A stretch of DNA of 64,000 nt, taken from positions 288,001 through 352,000 of the forward strand of contig CAVYES010000006.1 in NCBI GenBank assembly GCA_963767735.1, read 5' to 3'. The stretch comes from Candidatus Bathyarchaeota archaeon. GTDB taxonomy: Archaea; Thermoproteota; Bathyarchaeia; Bathyarchaeales; Bathycorpusculaceae. Both the position numbers and the translations under genes were made by a program. This document shows positions 50,284 to 60,350 of the stretch, in pieces. Under the pieces are notes generated by a model. The model was given only the letters and a program-made list of their open reading frames with translations, was not told the DNA's origin and made no database searches. Numbering within the stretch: the stretch's first letter is position 1; each line of letters starts with the position of its first letter.

Positions 50284-51579
50284 TTGAGGAGATTTAAGGC
50301 AGAACATAAATTGCCTCTAAAATACCTGTGCAGAAAATGCAACAAAACTTATTCGAACCTGGAGTATGAGCAGAGCGGGTTTTGCAGGGTTTGTGGTTCT
50401 TTTCTGTTGCGAAGTTTTAGGGATGATCGTTATGCAGCGATGTTGGCTCAAAAAAGCTTTGGCAATCAAGCTTCCGCAACTTTCGCGGATGGTTCTTTTA
50501 AAGAAAAAATTGCATTAACACGGGCAGCCGAAAGTCTAAGCGGTAGGATTGCTCGTTCAAAAGAATATGAAGTAATCTCTGAAACACAAAACAAAGATGC
50601 GTACCCGGAAGATTCGGTTGAGCATTGGATTTGGAGCGGCGAATACGATCAGGCGCTTATACTTGAAAAAAAGCTCATAAAACAATATGATGGCAAAAGC
50701 CTCGAAGAAACTGTAGCCGGGAAAACTGTTTCGAATCAGCAAGGAGAATGTTACGAAATCTCGGCTTCTTGTTCCTCTACCTTTAAAACGGCAACTTATC
50801 AAGAAAGTAGGCAATTAGTCATTTCTGATCTTAAGGCCCTTCCTGGGATTGGACCTGCTCGCGAAAAAACGCTGAAACGGCAAGGCTACAAGACTATAGA
50901 GGATTTAGAGAATCACTTGCTTTGGCGAAAACCTGCTCAAGACTTTATGAAAATAATAAATAAAAACGACATTCCGCAGATTCAAAAAACGCTTTGGAGA
51001 CGCTTTCCAAAATCGCATCCGCTGCTTCATTATTTAGCTGGGTTCTGCAAAGACCAAGACTTCGCCATAGTCGACATCGAAACTTTGGGGCTCTCAGAGC
51101 GACCCATAATTCTGTTGGGCGTGGCTAAACCAACCAAAACTCATGTTTGTACAAGCCAGTTTTTGCTAAGAGACATTCAAGATGAACCCAGCGCCATTTG
51201 GGCTCTTATTTCGCGACTGGAACCCAACTTATCACTCATAACCTATAACGGCAGAAGCTTTGACATTCCATACATTAAACAAAGATTAGCCTACTATGGA
51301 TTAGATGCGCCGCTGGATAACCCGCATTTTGATGTTCTCCACTTCACCAGACGTGCACTGCGCCACAAACTGTCTGATTGTAAACTGGAAACCGTAGAAA
51401 AATACATAGGAATAAAACGAGACATCAACATTCCAGGCGCTTTAGTTCCCCACTTCTACGAAACTTACTTGAGAACCAAAAATGCAGGACCCCTCGTCGC
51501 AATAGTTGAGCACAATCGGCAAGACCTGCTGACCCTTGGGACATTGTTTTCTAAGCTTTACGAGGAATGGAACCTTTGA
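50284..51579 (+). CDS. RNase_H_2 (YprB/MrfB-like) DEDD exonuclease with zinc ribbon and HhH
   Basis: CRKC...CRVC; LPGIGP HhH; DIETLG, TYNGRSFD, HFDVL, HNRQDL. Confidence 0.88.
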   Translation: MRRFKAEHKLPLKYLCRKCNKTYSNLEYEQSGFCRVCGSFLLRSFRDDRYAAMLAQKSFGNQASATFADGSFKEKIALTRAAESLSGRIARSKEYEVISETQNKDAYPEDSVEHWIWSGEYDQALILEKKLIKQYDGKSLEETVAGKTVSNQQGECYEISASCSSTFKTATYQESRQLVISDLKALPGIGPAREKTLKRQGYKTIEDLENHLLWRKPAQDFMKIINKNDIPQIQKTLWRRFPKSHPLLHYLAGFCKDQDFAIVDIETLGLSERPIILLGVAKPTKTHVCTSQFLLRDIQDEPSAIWALISRLEPNLSLITYNGRSFDIPYIKQRLAYYGLDAPLDNPHFDVLHFTRRALRHKLSDCKLETVEKYIGIKRDINIPGALVPHFYETYLRTKNAGPLVAIVEHNRQDLLTLGTLFSKLYEEWNL

Positions 51580-53849
51580 TAGATGACTTTATCCAAAGCA
51601 TAAAGCACATGCAAGGCTACAAAAAACAGATTGTGCACATCCAAGAAATTCCTCCGCAAGAAGCATGTTTTGGTGAGCTGGAAAAATCTCTGCCGCAAAA
51701 TATTCAAAATTGCTTATTGACCCGGGACATTCATCTTTATTCGCATCAGGCTGAAGCCATAAACAAAGCGAGGGCAGGCAAAAACGTGGCGATTGTTACT
51801 CCTACCGCTTCAGGAAAAACCTTAGCTTTCAACATTCCTGTCCTCGAAGCTCTCATAAAAGACCCCCACACAACTGCACTTTACCTTTATCCAACTAAGG
51901 CGCTGACAAACGATCAGCTAAAGGTTCTAAGAGAACTGGAAAAAGAAACGGGCATCCAAGCTTACCCCAACGTTTACGACGGCGATACTCCTCAAAGTCA
52001 GAGGGCAAGCATAAGAGAAAACAGTAAAATCATCTTAAGCAACCCCTATGGGCTCCACCAGTACCTTCCATGGCACTATAAGTGGCGAAGCTTTCTTGGA
52101 AACCTCAGATTCGTAATAATCGATGAAGCCCACGTTTACCGCGGCGTCTTTGGCTCAAATGTAGCCATGCTCCTAAGACGACTCATGAGAGTATGCAATT
52201 ATTACCATGCCGACCCACAAATCATCCTCTCATCAGCCACAATCGCAAACCCCCAAGAACACGCCAAGAAACTGACGGGAAAAGACTTCGAAATCGTCTC
52301 AAACGACGGCGCCCCAAGAGGAAAAAAATCATTCCTCTTCTGGAATCCACCATTCATCGACGACACCAACACCACACGCAGATCTACCCATCAAGAAACC
52401 AAAGACCTCCTAACCCTCAACATCACAAAAAACCTCCAAACCCTCTGCTTTACAACATCCCGCCAGATGGCTGAGCTTATTACAAGATGGACCAAAGAAG
52501 ACCTCAGAAAAAGATCGCCCAAACTGGTTAATTCGGTTACCGCTTACAGAGCTGGCTATCTGCCTCAAGAACGGCGTGAAATAGAGAACAGACTAAAAAC
52601 GAAAAGCTTGATCGGAGTTGTGTCAACCAACGCGCTTGAATTGGGCATCGATATTGGTTCTTTGGATTCAGTGATCATTTCCGGTTACCCGGGAACTGTC
52701 ATATCAACTTGGCAGCAAGCGGGAAGAGCAGGAAGAACCAACGCAGATTCAATCGTGACGTTAGTTGCTTTTCAAAACCCGCTTGACCAATACTTCATGA
52801 AGCATCCAAAAGACTTCTTTGGAAGGCCACATGAACAAGCCATAATTGATTTGCATAACCGCTACATTTCTTTGGGGCACATTATGTGTGCGGCAAGCGA
52901 ACTGCCCTTAACAGAGGCGGACAAAAAATATTTCCCCGAACTATTCCAAGAGAGCATTCAAGCTCTTGAACAACAAAACTTGGTCCGCAAAACGCCAAGG
53001 GGCTATGTGTATTCGGGCACGGCAAGGCCTGTCGAGGTTGTAACGTTGGAGAGCATTTCCGACAAAACCGTCACCGTAACCTGCAACGGAACCGTACTTG
53101 AAACCCTCTCCTTAAACAAAGCCTACGAAGAAGCACACGCAGGCGCGGTCTTACTTCATCAGGGCGAAACATACATCTCTGAAGAATTAGACCTCAACCA
53201 ATTAACTGCCAAAGTCACACAAGAAAACGTCAACTACTACACAGAAGCACTAAAAACAGTTGACGTCGCCATAAAGAGAACTCTTGAAGAAAAACAAATC
53301 GGAATCCAAGTTGGCTTAGGCGAATTAATTACAACAGAATTTTACCACACCTACGTCACCAAATCATATGACGAAGTTGTTGAGAGAAAACCGCTTAATC
53401 TCCCGCCATTATCATTTTCAACTGTCGGCACGTGGTTTATTATTCCAGTGGAAATTAAGAAAGAAATCGAAGATAGCGAGCTCGATTTTGACGGGGGAAT
53501 ACATGCGGTGGAACATGCGATGATTGCTATGGCGCCGATTTTTGCCATGTGTGACAGATGGGATATTGGCGGCTTGTCAACTCCTCTGCATCCGGACACG
53601 GGGAACCCAACGATTTTCATTTATGACGGCTTTGAAGGCGGTATCGGAATTTCAGAAAACCTCTACCAAAACATAAAGCCCCTACTCGAAAAAACCTTAG
53701 AGCTGATTGAGAATTGCGAGTGCAAAGACGGTTGCCCCTCATGCATTTACTCGCCTAAATGTGGAAATGAAAATAAACCCTTAGATAAAAAAGCAGCAAG
53801 CATAATTCTGCAAAGGATTTTGAATATGGTAAACCAAAAAGACAGGTAA
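51567..53849 (+). CDS. DEAD/DEAH helicase with DUF1998 (YprA/MrfA/Hrq1-like)
   Basis: TPTASGKT, DEAH, SAT, QQAGRAGR, C-terminal CECKDGCPSC. Confidence 0.93.
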   Translation: MEPLIDDFIQSIKHMQGYKKQIVHIQEIPPQEACFGELEKSLPQNIQNCLLTRDIHLYSHQAEAINKARAGKNVAIVTPTASGKTLAFNIPVLEALIKDPHTTALYLYPTKALTNDQLKVLRELEKETGIQAYPNVYDGDTPQSQRASIRENSKIILSNPYGLHQYLPWHYKWRSFLGNLRFVIIDEAHVYRGVFGSNVAMLLRRLMRVCNYYHADPQIILSSATIANPQEHAKKLTGKDFEIVSNDGAPRGKKSFLFWNPPFIDDTNTTRRSTHQETKDLLTLNITKNLQTLCFTTSRQMAELITRWTKEDLRKRSPKLVNSVTAYRAGYLPQERREIENRLKTKSLIGVVSTNALELGIDIGSLDSVIISGYPGTVISTWQQAGRAGRTNADSIVTLVAFQNPLDQYFMKHPKDFFGRPHEQAIIDLHNRYISLGHIMCAASELPLTEADKKYFPELFQESIQALEQQNLVRKTPRGYVYSGTARPVEVVTLESISDKTVTVTCNGTVLETLSLNKAYEEAHAGAVLLHQGETYISEELDLNQLTAKVTQENVNYYTEALKTVDVAIKRTLEEKQIGIQVGLGELITTEFYHTYVTKSYDEVVERKPLNLPPLSFSTVGTWFIIPVEIKKEIEDSELDFDGGIHAVEHAMIAMAPIFAMCDRWDIGGLSTPLHPDTGNPTIFIYDGFEGGIGISENLYQNIKPLLEKTLELIENCECKDGCPSCIYSPKCGNENKPLDKKAASIILQRILNMVNQKDR

Positions 53850-53882
53850 TACAGCAACGTTAAAAGGAAGGCTTAGACATAG

Positions 53883-54095
53883 ATGTTTACGGTTATGTTT
53901 ATGGCGAAGAAAACCACTATAACCTTGCGGGATGACGTCTACCAAACTTTAAAAGAGAAGGCAGGAGCCCGAAACATTTCAAGCCAAATAAACAAAATTC
54001 TTATCGACTACTTTTCAAAGACAGACAGCATGTTTGGCACCATGAAAGAGGCAGATCTCACAGACATCAGAGATCACAAGGATCGCTGCCTATGA
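53883..54095 (+). CDS. Antitoxin (RHH-like), copy 1
   Basis: KTTITLRDDVY; ATGA overlap with vapC; protein identical to 61567..61779. Confidence 0.8.
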   Translation: MFTVMFMAKKTTITLRDDVYQTLKEKAGARNISSQINKILIDYFSKTDSMFGTMKEADLTDIRDHKDRCL

Positions 54096-54481
54096 AATAC
54101 GTCATCGACTCCTATGCATGGTTAGCGTACTTTATGGGAACCGAAGCGGGAGAAAAAGTCAAACCCCTAATTGAAGGCTCCGAAGAAAAAATAACTCCTA
54201 CAATATGTTTAGCTGAAGTCTACGAGAAAGCTCTCAAAGTGGAAGGGAAAGAAATCGCTGAAAAACAAAGAATATTCATTAAAGAAAAAAGCTCTCTGGC
54301 TCAGCTGGACGAATTAATAGCGGTTGAAGCAGCAAAAGCGCAATGCGAAATGAAAAAGGAAATTGACGGGTGGGGACTTGCGGACTCTATAGTCTACGCT
54401 ACGGGGGTGGTCAAAAAAGGAAATGTTGTCACAGGCGATGAGCATTTCAAGAAACTTGAAGGCGTACTGTTCATAAAATAA
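54092..54481 (+). CDS. vapC: PIN-domain VapC toxin, copy 1
   Basis: VIDSYAW, LAEV, LADS, TGDEHF. Confidence 0.92.
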   Translation: MKYVIDSYAWLAYFMGTEAGEKVKPLIEGSEEKITPTICLAEVYEKALKVEGKEIAEKQRIFIKEKSSLAQLDELIAVEAAKAQCEMKKEIDGWGLADSIVYATGVVKKGNVVTGDEHFKKLEGVLFIK

Positions 54482-54619
54482 CTGCCTGAGAAGACCGCCG
54501 CTGGTGAGCGAGACAAGTCACTCGGAAAAACTCATGACTGAACTGTTCGCATTGCCTTAACTGGAAGAAGCATCATTCAACAATAGATCGTTGCTACCAT
54601 CAAAGAAAAAAGGATCTGG

Positions 54620-55015
54620 TTATTTCCATGCCCAGACCTTGAGACTGTATTCTCCGTTCTCTTCGGATTCAAGTTCCCAAACGCCGACAGTTTTGTTTAG
54701 GTTTACGAGTTTGGGCGAGCTTGTCATGAAATAGCAGGCTCCTCTGTAGCTTGATTTCCAGCCTTTACCGGTTGGCCAGCCTATTCCGTTGATTTTTGTC
54801 ATTACTGAGTCTCCTTCTGCAGTCATGAGCATGCCATTTGCATCTGCCATGAATACTCCGTTAGGCATGAGTGTTGAAACTCCTGTATCCGCTACTGTGG
54901 CTTCTTTTCCAAAGATGGTGCCTGCTCCAGAATGTGACACTTCCACTTTTCCTTCTGCAAGAACTCGAATTCCCGTGGTTTTACCTTTTATTTCAAATAT
55001 TAATTCACCAATCAA
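54620..55015 (-). CDS. Hypothetical beta-rich protein, copy 2
   Basis: Near-identical to 45802..46197. Confidence 0.8.
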   Translation of the reverse strand: MIGELIFEIKGKTTGIRVLAEGKVEVSHSGAGTIFGKEATVADTGVSTLMPNGVFMADANGMLMTAEGDSVMTKINGIGWPTGKGWKSSYRGACYFMTSSPKLVNLNKTVGVWELESEENGEYSLKVWAWK

Positions 55016-55089
55016 AACAATTTCACCTTGAAACAGAGATTTTCCTCAAGTTTATTAGAATATGTGACTGAAAGATAGTAGTCACAACA

Positions 55090-55161
55090 GCCAGCACATG
55101 AATGGTTCAGGCGACAGCCTGCAAAGCTGTTATATACATTTCAAATCCAACCCTCTACATT
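55090..55161 (+). pseudogene. Degenerate tRNA-Cys(GCA) remnant
   Basis: Intact anticodon arm ACAGC-CT-GCA-AA-GCTGT (55114-55130), D-loop-like aatggttcaggcg, 5' gccagc, ttcaaatcc T-loop; acceptor and T stems do not pair. Confidence 0.6.
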
Positions 55162-55306
55162 TTAACTAACGTAATTGACTTAAACTCCAAAAAATCGCTG
55201 GGGTCTTGGCAAACTGCAAGGACGCGTCAAATACGCGCAAAATCACATATAAATACGCGAAAAAGTCATACAAAAACAAAGAAAAAAATTCACGAAGGGG
55301 GAAATA

Positions 55307-55699
55307 TCATTTAATCATCATGGTGTTTTCCAAGTCTTTAAAGTGGGGGTCGCCCGTGATTATTTTGGCTTTTAACTTATTTGCGGTAGCCAGTATGAAG
55401 GCGTCTGTGATGCCGAAGTCTTTTCTTGTTTGGCGCATTTTAGAGTGGAGAAGACCGGCTTGTTTAGAAATTTGTTCGTCCATTTTTATGACTTGAGCGT
55501 TGCTTAGGAGCATATCGTATGCTGCTTCGACGTCTCCGCCATCTCTTGCGGTCTTGCTGATTACTTCAGCTATCGTGATTGCACATGTGTAGATATCAGT
55601 GGCAGGGTCATCTAATATGTCGTTGAGTTTTGCTCCGTATTCACTGCCTCTGAAGTATTCTATCCAAGCCCATGCGTCAACTATGTACTTATTCGTCAA
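55307..55699 (-). CDS. vapC: PIN-domain VapC toxin
   Basis: IVDAWAW, IAEV, ITDA, TGDPHF. Confidence 0.92.
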   Translation of the reverse strand: MTNKYIVDAWAWIEYFRGSEYGAKLNDILDDPATDIYTCAITIAEVISKTARDGGDVEAAYDMLLSNAQVIKMDEQISKQAGLLHSKMRQTRKDFGITDAFILATANKLKAKIITGDPHFKDLENTMMIK

Positions 55700-55895
55700 T
55701 CTGTCCTTTCAACTCATCTTCGGTGGTGAATGGTGAAAGGCCCTTGAACATGCCGAATCCATTTTTCCTGCATTTCTTCACAGTTATCTCTACACACTGG
55801 TTTTCCTTGATGTTCTGGGTTTCAACAAGTTCTTTTGGCAAGGTAACAACTATTGAACCGCCAACTTTCCTTGTCTTGGTTAAGCACCCGGCCAT
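55689..55895 (-). CDS. AbrB/MazE-family antitoxin
   Basis: RKVGGSIVVTLPKE. Confidence 0.88.
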   Translation of the reverse strand: MAGCLTKTRKVGGSIVVTLPKELVETQNIKENQCVEITVKKCRKNGFGMFKGLSPFTTEDELKGQIDE

Positions 55896-56104
55896 ATGTA
55901 ATCACTGTAATGATAAATTATACTAAAGTTATACTTAACTGTAACGTTAAGACTTTTAGTTTCTATAAACGAAATTGAGGGATTTCTGGCGCGGCGCGCG
56001 AACAGTCTTTTCCAGCGAGCTCGTAAATGAAGTTTGTGATGCTTATGTTTTGAAGAGCAACAAATGTTATAAGTTAAAAAATGGAATAGATTGTTAGAAA
56101 AACA

Positions 56105-56299
56105 ATGACAATTGAAGTTGATTTAAAAGAAATAAAATCGCTGTTGTCAGAAGTTAACAGCAAACTCGATTCTTTACTGGAAGAAAAAGACACCTGTGCG
56201 CTCATGGCTCTGGAAGAGAAATCTCTCAAGGAGTTTCTTGAAGGGGAACCTGACATTTACTCGGTTAAAGACATAAAGACAAAGGTTAAAGGTAATTGA
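56105..56299 (+). CDS. Putative antitoxin
   Basis: Acidic C-terminus SLKEFLEGEPDIYS; overlaps the MazF-like gene. Confidence 0.65.
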   Translation: MTIEVDLKEIKSLLSEVNSKLDSLLEEKDTCALMALEEKSLKEFLEGEPDIYSVKDIKTKVKGN

Positions 56300-56628
56300 A
56301 GGGAAAAATAGTTCTTATTCCTTTCCCGTTTACTGATTTAACATCAACTAAGTTAAGGCCTGCCCTTGTATTATATGAAGGCGAAAAAGACGTTGTAGTA
56401 GCTTTCATTTCTTCAAGAATAACAAAGACGCGATCTGCAGATGTAGTAATAGATGAGAGTCATCCAGAATTCAAGAAAACGGGACTCAAGTTATCGTCAA
56501 CTGTGAAGCTTGATAAGATAGCAACGATTTCAAAAGAATTGATGCTTGGAGAAATCGGCGAAATCGGCCCAAAACTTAAGAAAGAAATAAACGGCAAGAT
56601 ATCAAAAATGTTCCTGCTTTCGACCTAG
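56296..56628 (+). CDS. mazF: PemK/MazF-family toxin
   Basis: IVLIPFPFTDL...KLRPALV...ISS...TGL..S.VKLDKI. Confidence 0.9.
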   Translation: MKGKIVLIPFPFTDLTSTKLRPALVLYEGEKDVVVAFISSRITKTRSADVVIDESHPEFKKTGLKLSSTVKLDKIATISKELMLGEIGEIGPKLKKEINGKISKMFLLST

Positions 56629-56734
56629 TTGCATAGAAGCTTTTAGTCAAATCCTGGCGTTGATCAATATTCCATGTTCTGACCTCAACATTTTTAAGAC
56701 TCCACGATTATCCAGATGTCCAAGGTTATCTGGA

Positions 56735-57007
56735 ATGCCAACAATTCTGATTAAGAACGTACCTGAAGATACTCTTAAGGAATTGAAAAGGCTTAAAGTA
56801 GAGCTTGGCTGCAAAACATGGGCTGACTTACTATCCGAACTCACAACTTCTTGTGAAACCGCTTCAGTTGACGCTGAGCAAAAACGCCGTATGAGAAAAG
56901 GAGTCGACGGATTACTGAGCCTTCGATCAAAGGTTACGGCCAAATGGGCGGGTACGACAACAGTACTTGAGGAAATGCGAAGGACCAAGAGACATGAAAG
57001 CTCGTAG
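56735..57007 (+). CDS. Putative antitoxin (RHH-like)
   Basis: MPTILIKNVPED...LK; overlaps the PIN gene; start placed at the ATG at 56735. Confidence 0.7.
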   Translation: MPTILIKNVPEDTLKELKRLKVELGCKTWADLLSELTTSCETASVDAEQKRRMRKGVDGLLSLRSKVTAKWAGTTTVLEEMRRTKRHESS

Positions 57008-57434
57008 TTCTTTGCTGACAGTCGATTCTAACATAATAATTGCTGCTCTCAGAACAACTGAACCTGATAGTTCAAAATGTGCGAAGATACTCGCCGAAGC
57101 ATCAGAGCATTTTATGCTGGTTGAGCCAAGCATTATCTATCAAGAAGTCTGCGGCACCTTGGCGAGAAAAATAGATCTAGAAACAGCAAATACTGCAAAG
57201 GAACAGCTAGATTTACTCATTGAACAAAAACGGCTAATAAACTGTGACAAAAAAACATGCATTTCAGCATTCAGGCTATGCGCCGAATATGAAATCTACG
57301 CAATCGATGCACTCTACCTACATGTGGCTTTATCAAACTACGCCGTACTTGTGTCACTTGATAAAGAGTTTATCGACAAGCTCAAGGATAGATTGCCGAT
57401 AGAAGCCTACACTGTGGACAACTATCCATACTAA
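56994..57434 (+). CDS. vapC: PIN-domain VapC toxin
   Basis: TVDSNI, QEV, IDALY, SLDKE. Confidence 0.88.
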   Translation: MKARSSLLTVDSNIIIAALRTTEPDSSKCAKILAEASEHFMLVEPSIIYQEVCGTLARKIDLETANTAKEQLDLLIEQKRLINCDKKTCISAFRLCAEYEIYAIDALYLHVALSNYAVLVSLDKEFIDKLKDRLPIEAYTVDNYPY

Positions 57435-57682
57435 CATATTCACTTTGATATGTAAGCAAGCCAAGCAAAAACTCTTGCGTGCGCGCTACTATTGTTCCGG
57501 GGACTGGGCGTTCTTGGTTTTTGGTGGCTACGATTCCTTTGCCTTTGAAGAAAGCAATAAGGAGATTTGTCATTTCTGTTATGATTGTTATTTTCTGCAA
57601 CCTAATTGATTATAAAAGGTTGGATAAAGTTTTTACCTGCCGAATGTTATATGATGTTATGTCGGATAACTTGGTGTAATAT

Positions 57683-57919
57683 ATGGTAAAGAATGTTGTT
57701 AACCTGGGCGAAAAAGAAAACAGAGTAATCAACATAGTGAAAGCTAAATATGGACTCAAGGACAAAAGCCAAGCCTTGAGCGTGATTATCAATCGCTATG
57801 AAGAATGCGAACTCGAGCCTGAACTAAGACCAGAGTTTGTTAAGGTGATAGAGGAAACTCGCAAACACGGCAAATTCCTAAAGATAAAAGACTTTGCCCA
57901 AGAGTATAATCTAAAGTGA
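57683..57919 (+). CDS. DUF2683-family antitoxin
   Basis: NRVINIVKAKYGLKDKSQAL...EPELRPEF. Confidence 0.85.
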   Translation: MVKNVVNLGEKENRVINIVKAKYGLKDKSQALSVIINRYEECELEPELRPEFVKVIEETRKHGKFLKIKDFAQEYNLK

Positions 57920-57923
57920 TTGC

Positions 57924-58185
57924 TTGTACACTCTAGAAATCGAGGATGCAGTTGACAAGGCATTTAAAAGGCTTGCCCAAAAAAGATAAGAAGCAATTAG
58001 AAGCTGTGTCAAAGAAGATTGAGCAGATTCTAAACAACCCTCAACAATTTAAGGTTCTTAAGCATCCTCTTGAAGGCTTACGAAGAGTCCACGTGGACTC
58101 TTTTGTGCTTATTTACGAAGTATTTGAAGAACCCCAAACCGTCCGAATCCTCAAGTACGCACATCACGATGAGGCCTATAAGTAA
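57924..58185 (+). CDS. RelE/StbE-family toxin (apparent +1 frameshift at ~57977)
   Basis: TTG start MYTLEIEDAVDKAFKRLA then shifts to KKDKKQL...LRRVHVDSFVLIYE...HHDEAY. Confidence 0.8.
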
Positions 58186-58243
58186 TTTAGACACTGACTT
58201 GCACCGTTTCGATGGGTACTGGATCACCATGTTCGCACGCGCG

Positions 58244-58323
58244 GTTCTTCATCAGGAGATACGTAAACTATCGTTTCCCCTGCACTTAACTCAACGAAAT
58301 TGACTGTAATGTCAAAAATCGCT
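58244..58323 (+). repeat. ~80-bp dispersed repeat (copy of 50167-50245)
   Basis: High identity by eye; similarity to 55150-55270 continues downstream. Confidence 0.85.
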
Positions 58324-58749
58324 CGAGCTTTGATCGCCTACATAGGGAGACGTCAAATCCATGTAAAATCACGTATAAACAGCGCAAAAACGCGTATAAA
58401 CCACGTCTGGGAGCTTCACAAATTCAAGGCACTCTAACACTTTTCTTCTGTGATTAAGCGTTTCTAAGCTCAATTTAAGCTTATTCTCACTTGAAAATAT
58501 GAGTTTTTTGAAGATTTAGCTTCAATTTTACCTAAATCCGCTTCCGCCAAAAACCCTGCAAACACTTCAAGCCCTAAACGAAGAAAGCAACGCAAATCGC
58601 AAGAGTAAAAGTTCCCCAGGGGAAAATATCATCGGTGATTCCTTTTCTAATTTTGCGGATTTTACTTATACTTATTTATTTTTAAGTTGGCTTGTTAACC
58701 AACTTTCTTGAAATTTACAAAAGACTCATTTGATTTAAGGTTTTAAAGA

Positions 58750-59145
58750 CTATAGTGACCTTCGTTTGAGTTCTCGTATCTTATCAAAATGTATATCTGT
58801 TGAAATCACAGCTTCGGCTTTCGCTGCAATCGCTGTTGCAGCATGGATGGCGTCTCTTGGTGCAAGATGATATTGTTTGATTATCTGCAGAGCTGATAAG
58901 GCTATATCTCTGTCGGCAGAAATGATTTCCAAGTTGGGAAAGTTCAAGAGCGCTTGGCAAGCTTCAAGTGCGGCTTCAGGGTCCAGTTTTTTTATTGCCC
59001 AAAATACTTCATCAAAGGTTAATGCTGAGGTTTCTGCCTTTTCGTCTCCTTGCTGGATTCTTTGAAGCAAAGATCTTGCTTTTTCCCCAGGCTCTTGGGT
59101 GTTTACAGCCGCATAAATGAAGACGTTGGAGTCGAGGTAGATCAT
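58750..59145 (-). CDS. vapC: PIN-domain VapC toxin
   Basis: YLDSNVF, FDEV, RDAIHAATA, STD.HFD. Confidence 0.92.
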   Translation of the reverse strand: MIYLDSNVFIYAAVNTQEPGEKARSLLQRIQQGDEKAETSALTFDEVFWAIKKLDPEAALEACQALLNFPNLEIISADRDIALSALQIIKQYHLAPRDAIHAATAIAAKAEAVISTDIHFDKIRELKRRSL

Positions 59146-59402
59146 TTAGAATTTCTCGCTTTAAATTGTTCTTCGTATTGATGGGGATTTATTTTCTCGT
59201 TGAAGTTGATTTTTTTTGCTACTTTTGTGAAAACAGCTACCGCATCGAAACTTGGTTTCTCCAAAATTAGCTTTCCATCGTCTAGTTTGAACAAGACTTT
59301 CGAGCCAGGGCTGATTTTAAGTGCCTTTCGCATTGTTCTTGGAATGACAACTTGCCCTTTTGGACCAACCTTCATCTCTTCCTCTATCAAATGTCTCACC
59401 AA
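59142..59402 (-). CDS. AbrB/MazE-family antitoxin
   Basis: KVGPKGQVVIPR..RKAL.I.PG. Confidence 0.9.
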   Translation of the reverse strand: MVRHLIEEEMKVGPKGQVVIPRTMRKALKISPGSKVLFKLDDGKLILEKPSFDAVAVFTKVAKKINFNEKINPHQYEEQFKARNSK

Positions 59403-59558
59403 GAGTTATACAAAAGTAAAACAAGGATTTATACTTTGCAGCTTCCAACAACGCGTCCCGGGAGACTTATAGATTTTTCTAGCCTACAGTTGCAACCAAA
59501 AAAAGCCCCAAACCAAAAAAGAAAAAGATTGCTGCTGAATTTATAACTTAGGGATACA

Positions 59559-60164
59559 ATGACAATAAAAATCATTATGTTTTCGGATTACATTTGCCCC
59601 TTCTGTTATCTTGGGAAAGCCATCATTGACAAACTCAAAAATCGGTTTGATATTGAACTGGAACATGTAGGAATTGAAATTCATCCTGAAACTCCACTTT
59701 GCGGAGTCGATTTAAGAAGATACATTTCTGAAACAAATGAGATTTACGAAAATTTGAGATGTAGAGGCAAAGAGTATGGTCTACATTTTGGTAATGTTAG
59801 AACATTGCCTAACTCAAAAAATGCTCTGATAGTTGGTGAATATGCAAGAAAAGTCGGTAAAAACGAGGAATACACCGATGCAGTATTCAAAGCGTATTTT
59901 GAAGATTGCCTTGACATAGGAAAAGAAGAGGTCATTGTCGAATTAGCTAAGGAGGTTGGTTTGACTAGGCAAGATGTTGAAAGTGCTTTGAAAGACCCCT
60001 TGCTCCAAAAGATATATGCGAATAACTGTCTTGAAGCCCGAAAACACAATGTATCTGGTGTGCCTACGTTCATAATAAATTGTAAATACGAGATTGTAGG
60101 TGCACAGCCTGAGGAAGATTTTGTAGAGTTATTCGAAAAGATAGAAAAAGAAAGCAAAAGTTAA
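59559..60164 (+). CDS. DsbA/FrnE-family thiol-disulfide oxidoreductase
   Basis: SDYICPFCY, GVPTF, GAQP. Confidence 0.9.
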   Translation: MTIKIIMFSDYICPFCYLGKAIIDKLKNRFDIELEHVGIEIHPETPLCGVDLRRYISETNEIYENLRCRGKEYGLHFGNVRTLPNSKNALIVGEYARKVGKNEEYTDAVFKAYFEDCLDIGKEEVIVELAKEVGLTRQDVESALKDPLLQKIYANNCLEARKHNVSGVPTFIINCKYEIVGAQPEEDFVELFEKIEKESKS

Positions 60165-60272
60165 GAGATAAGCAAGAACTACTCAGTTGAGCCAAGTTCT
60201 TTCTTGTCTTTATCTTCCTCTATGATTTTAGGTATTGCCTCGCGTGTGTGCTCTTCTTCCAAAACAAACTGG

Positions 60273-60350
60273 CAAATCGGCGAGGTCTCTTTCTCTTCCG
60301 AAAAGAAGCTCGGGGTCATGCTTTGGAGGTATATCAAATAGAGTTGGCAT
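60273..60350 (-). pseudogene. N-terminal stub of an archaeal ATPase (ATPase_2-like)
   Basis: MPTLFDIPPKHDPELLFGRERDLADL resembles the LF..P....LFGRE.EL..L start; sequence then breaks off. Confidence 0.45.

Noticed and set aside
55090-55161. Functional tRNA-Cys gene
   Set aside because: The anticodon arm is intact but the acceptor and T stems cannot pair; called a remnant
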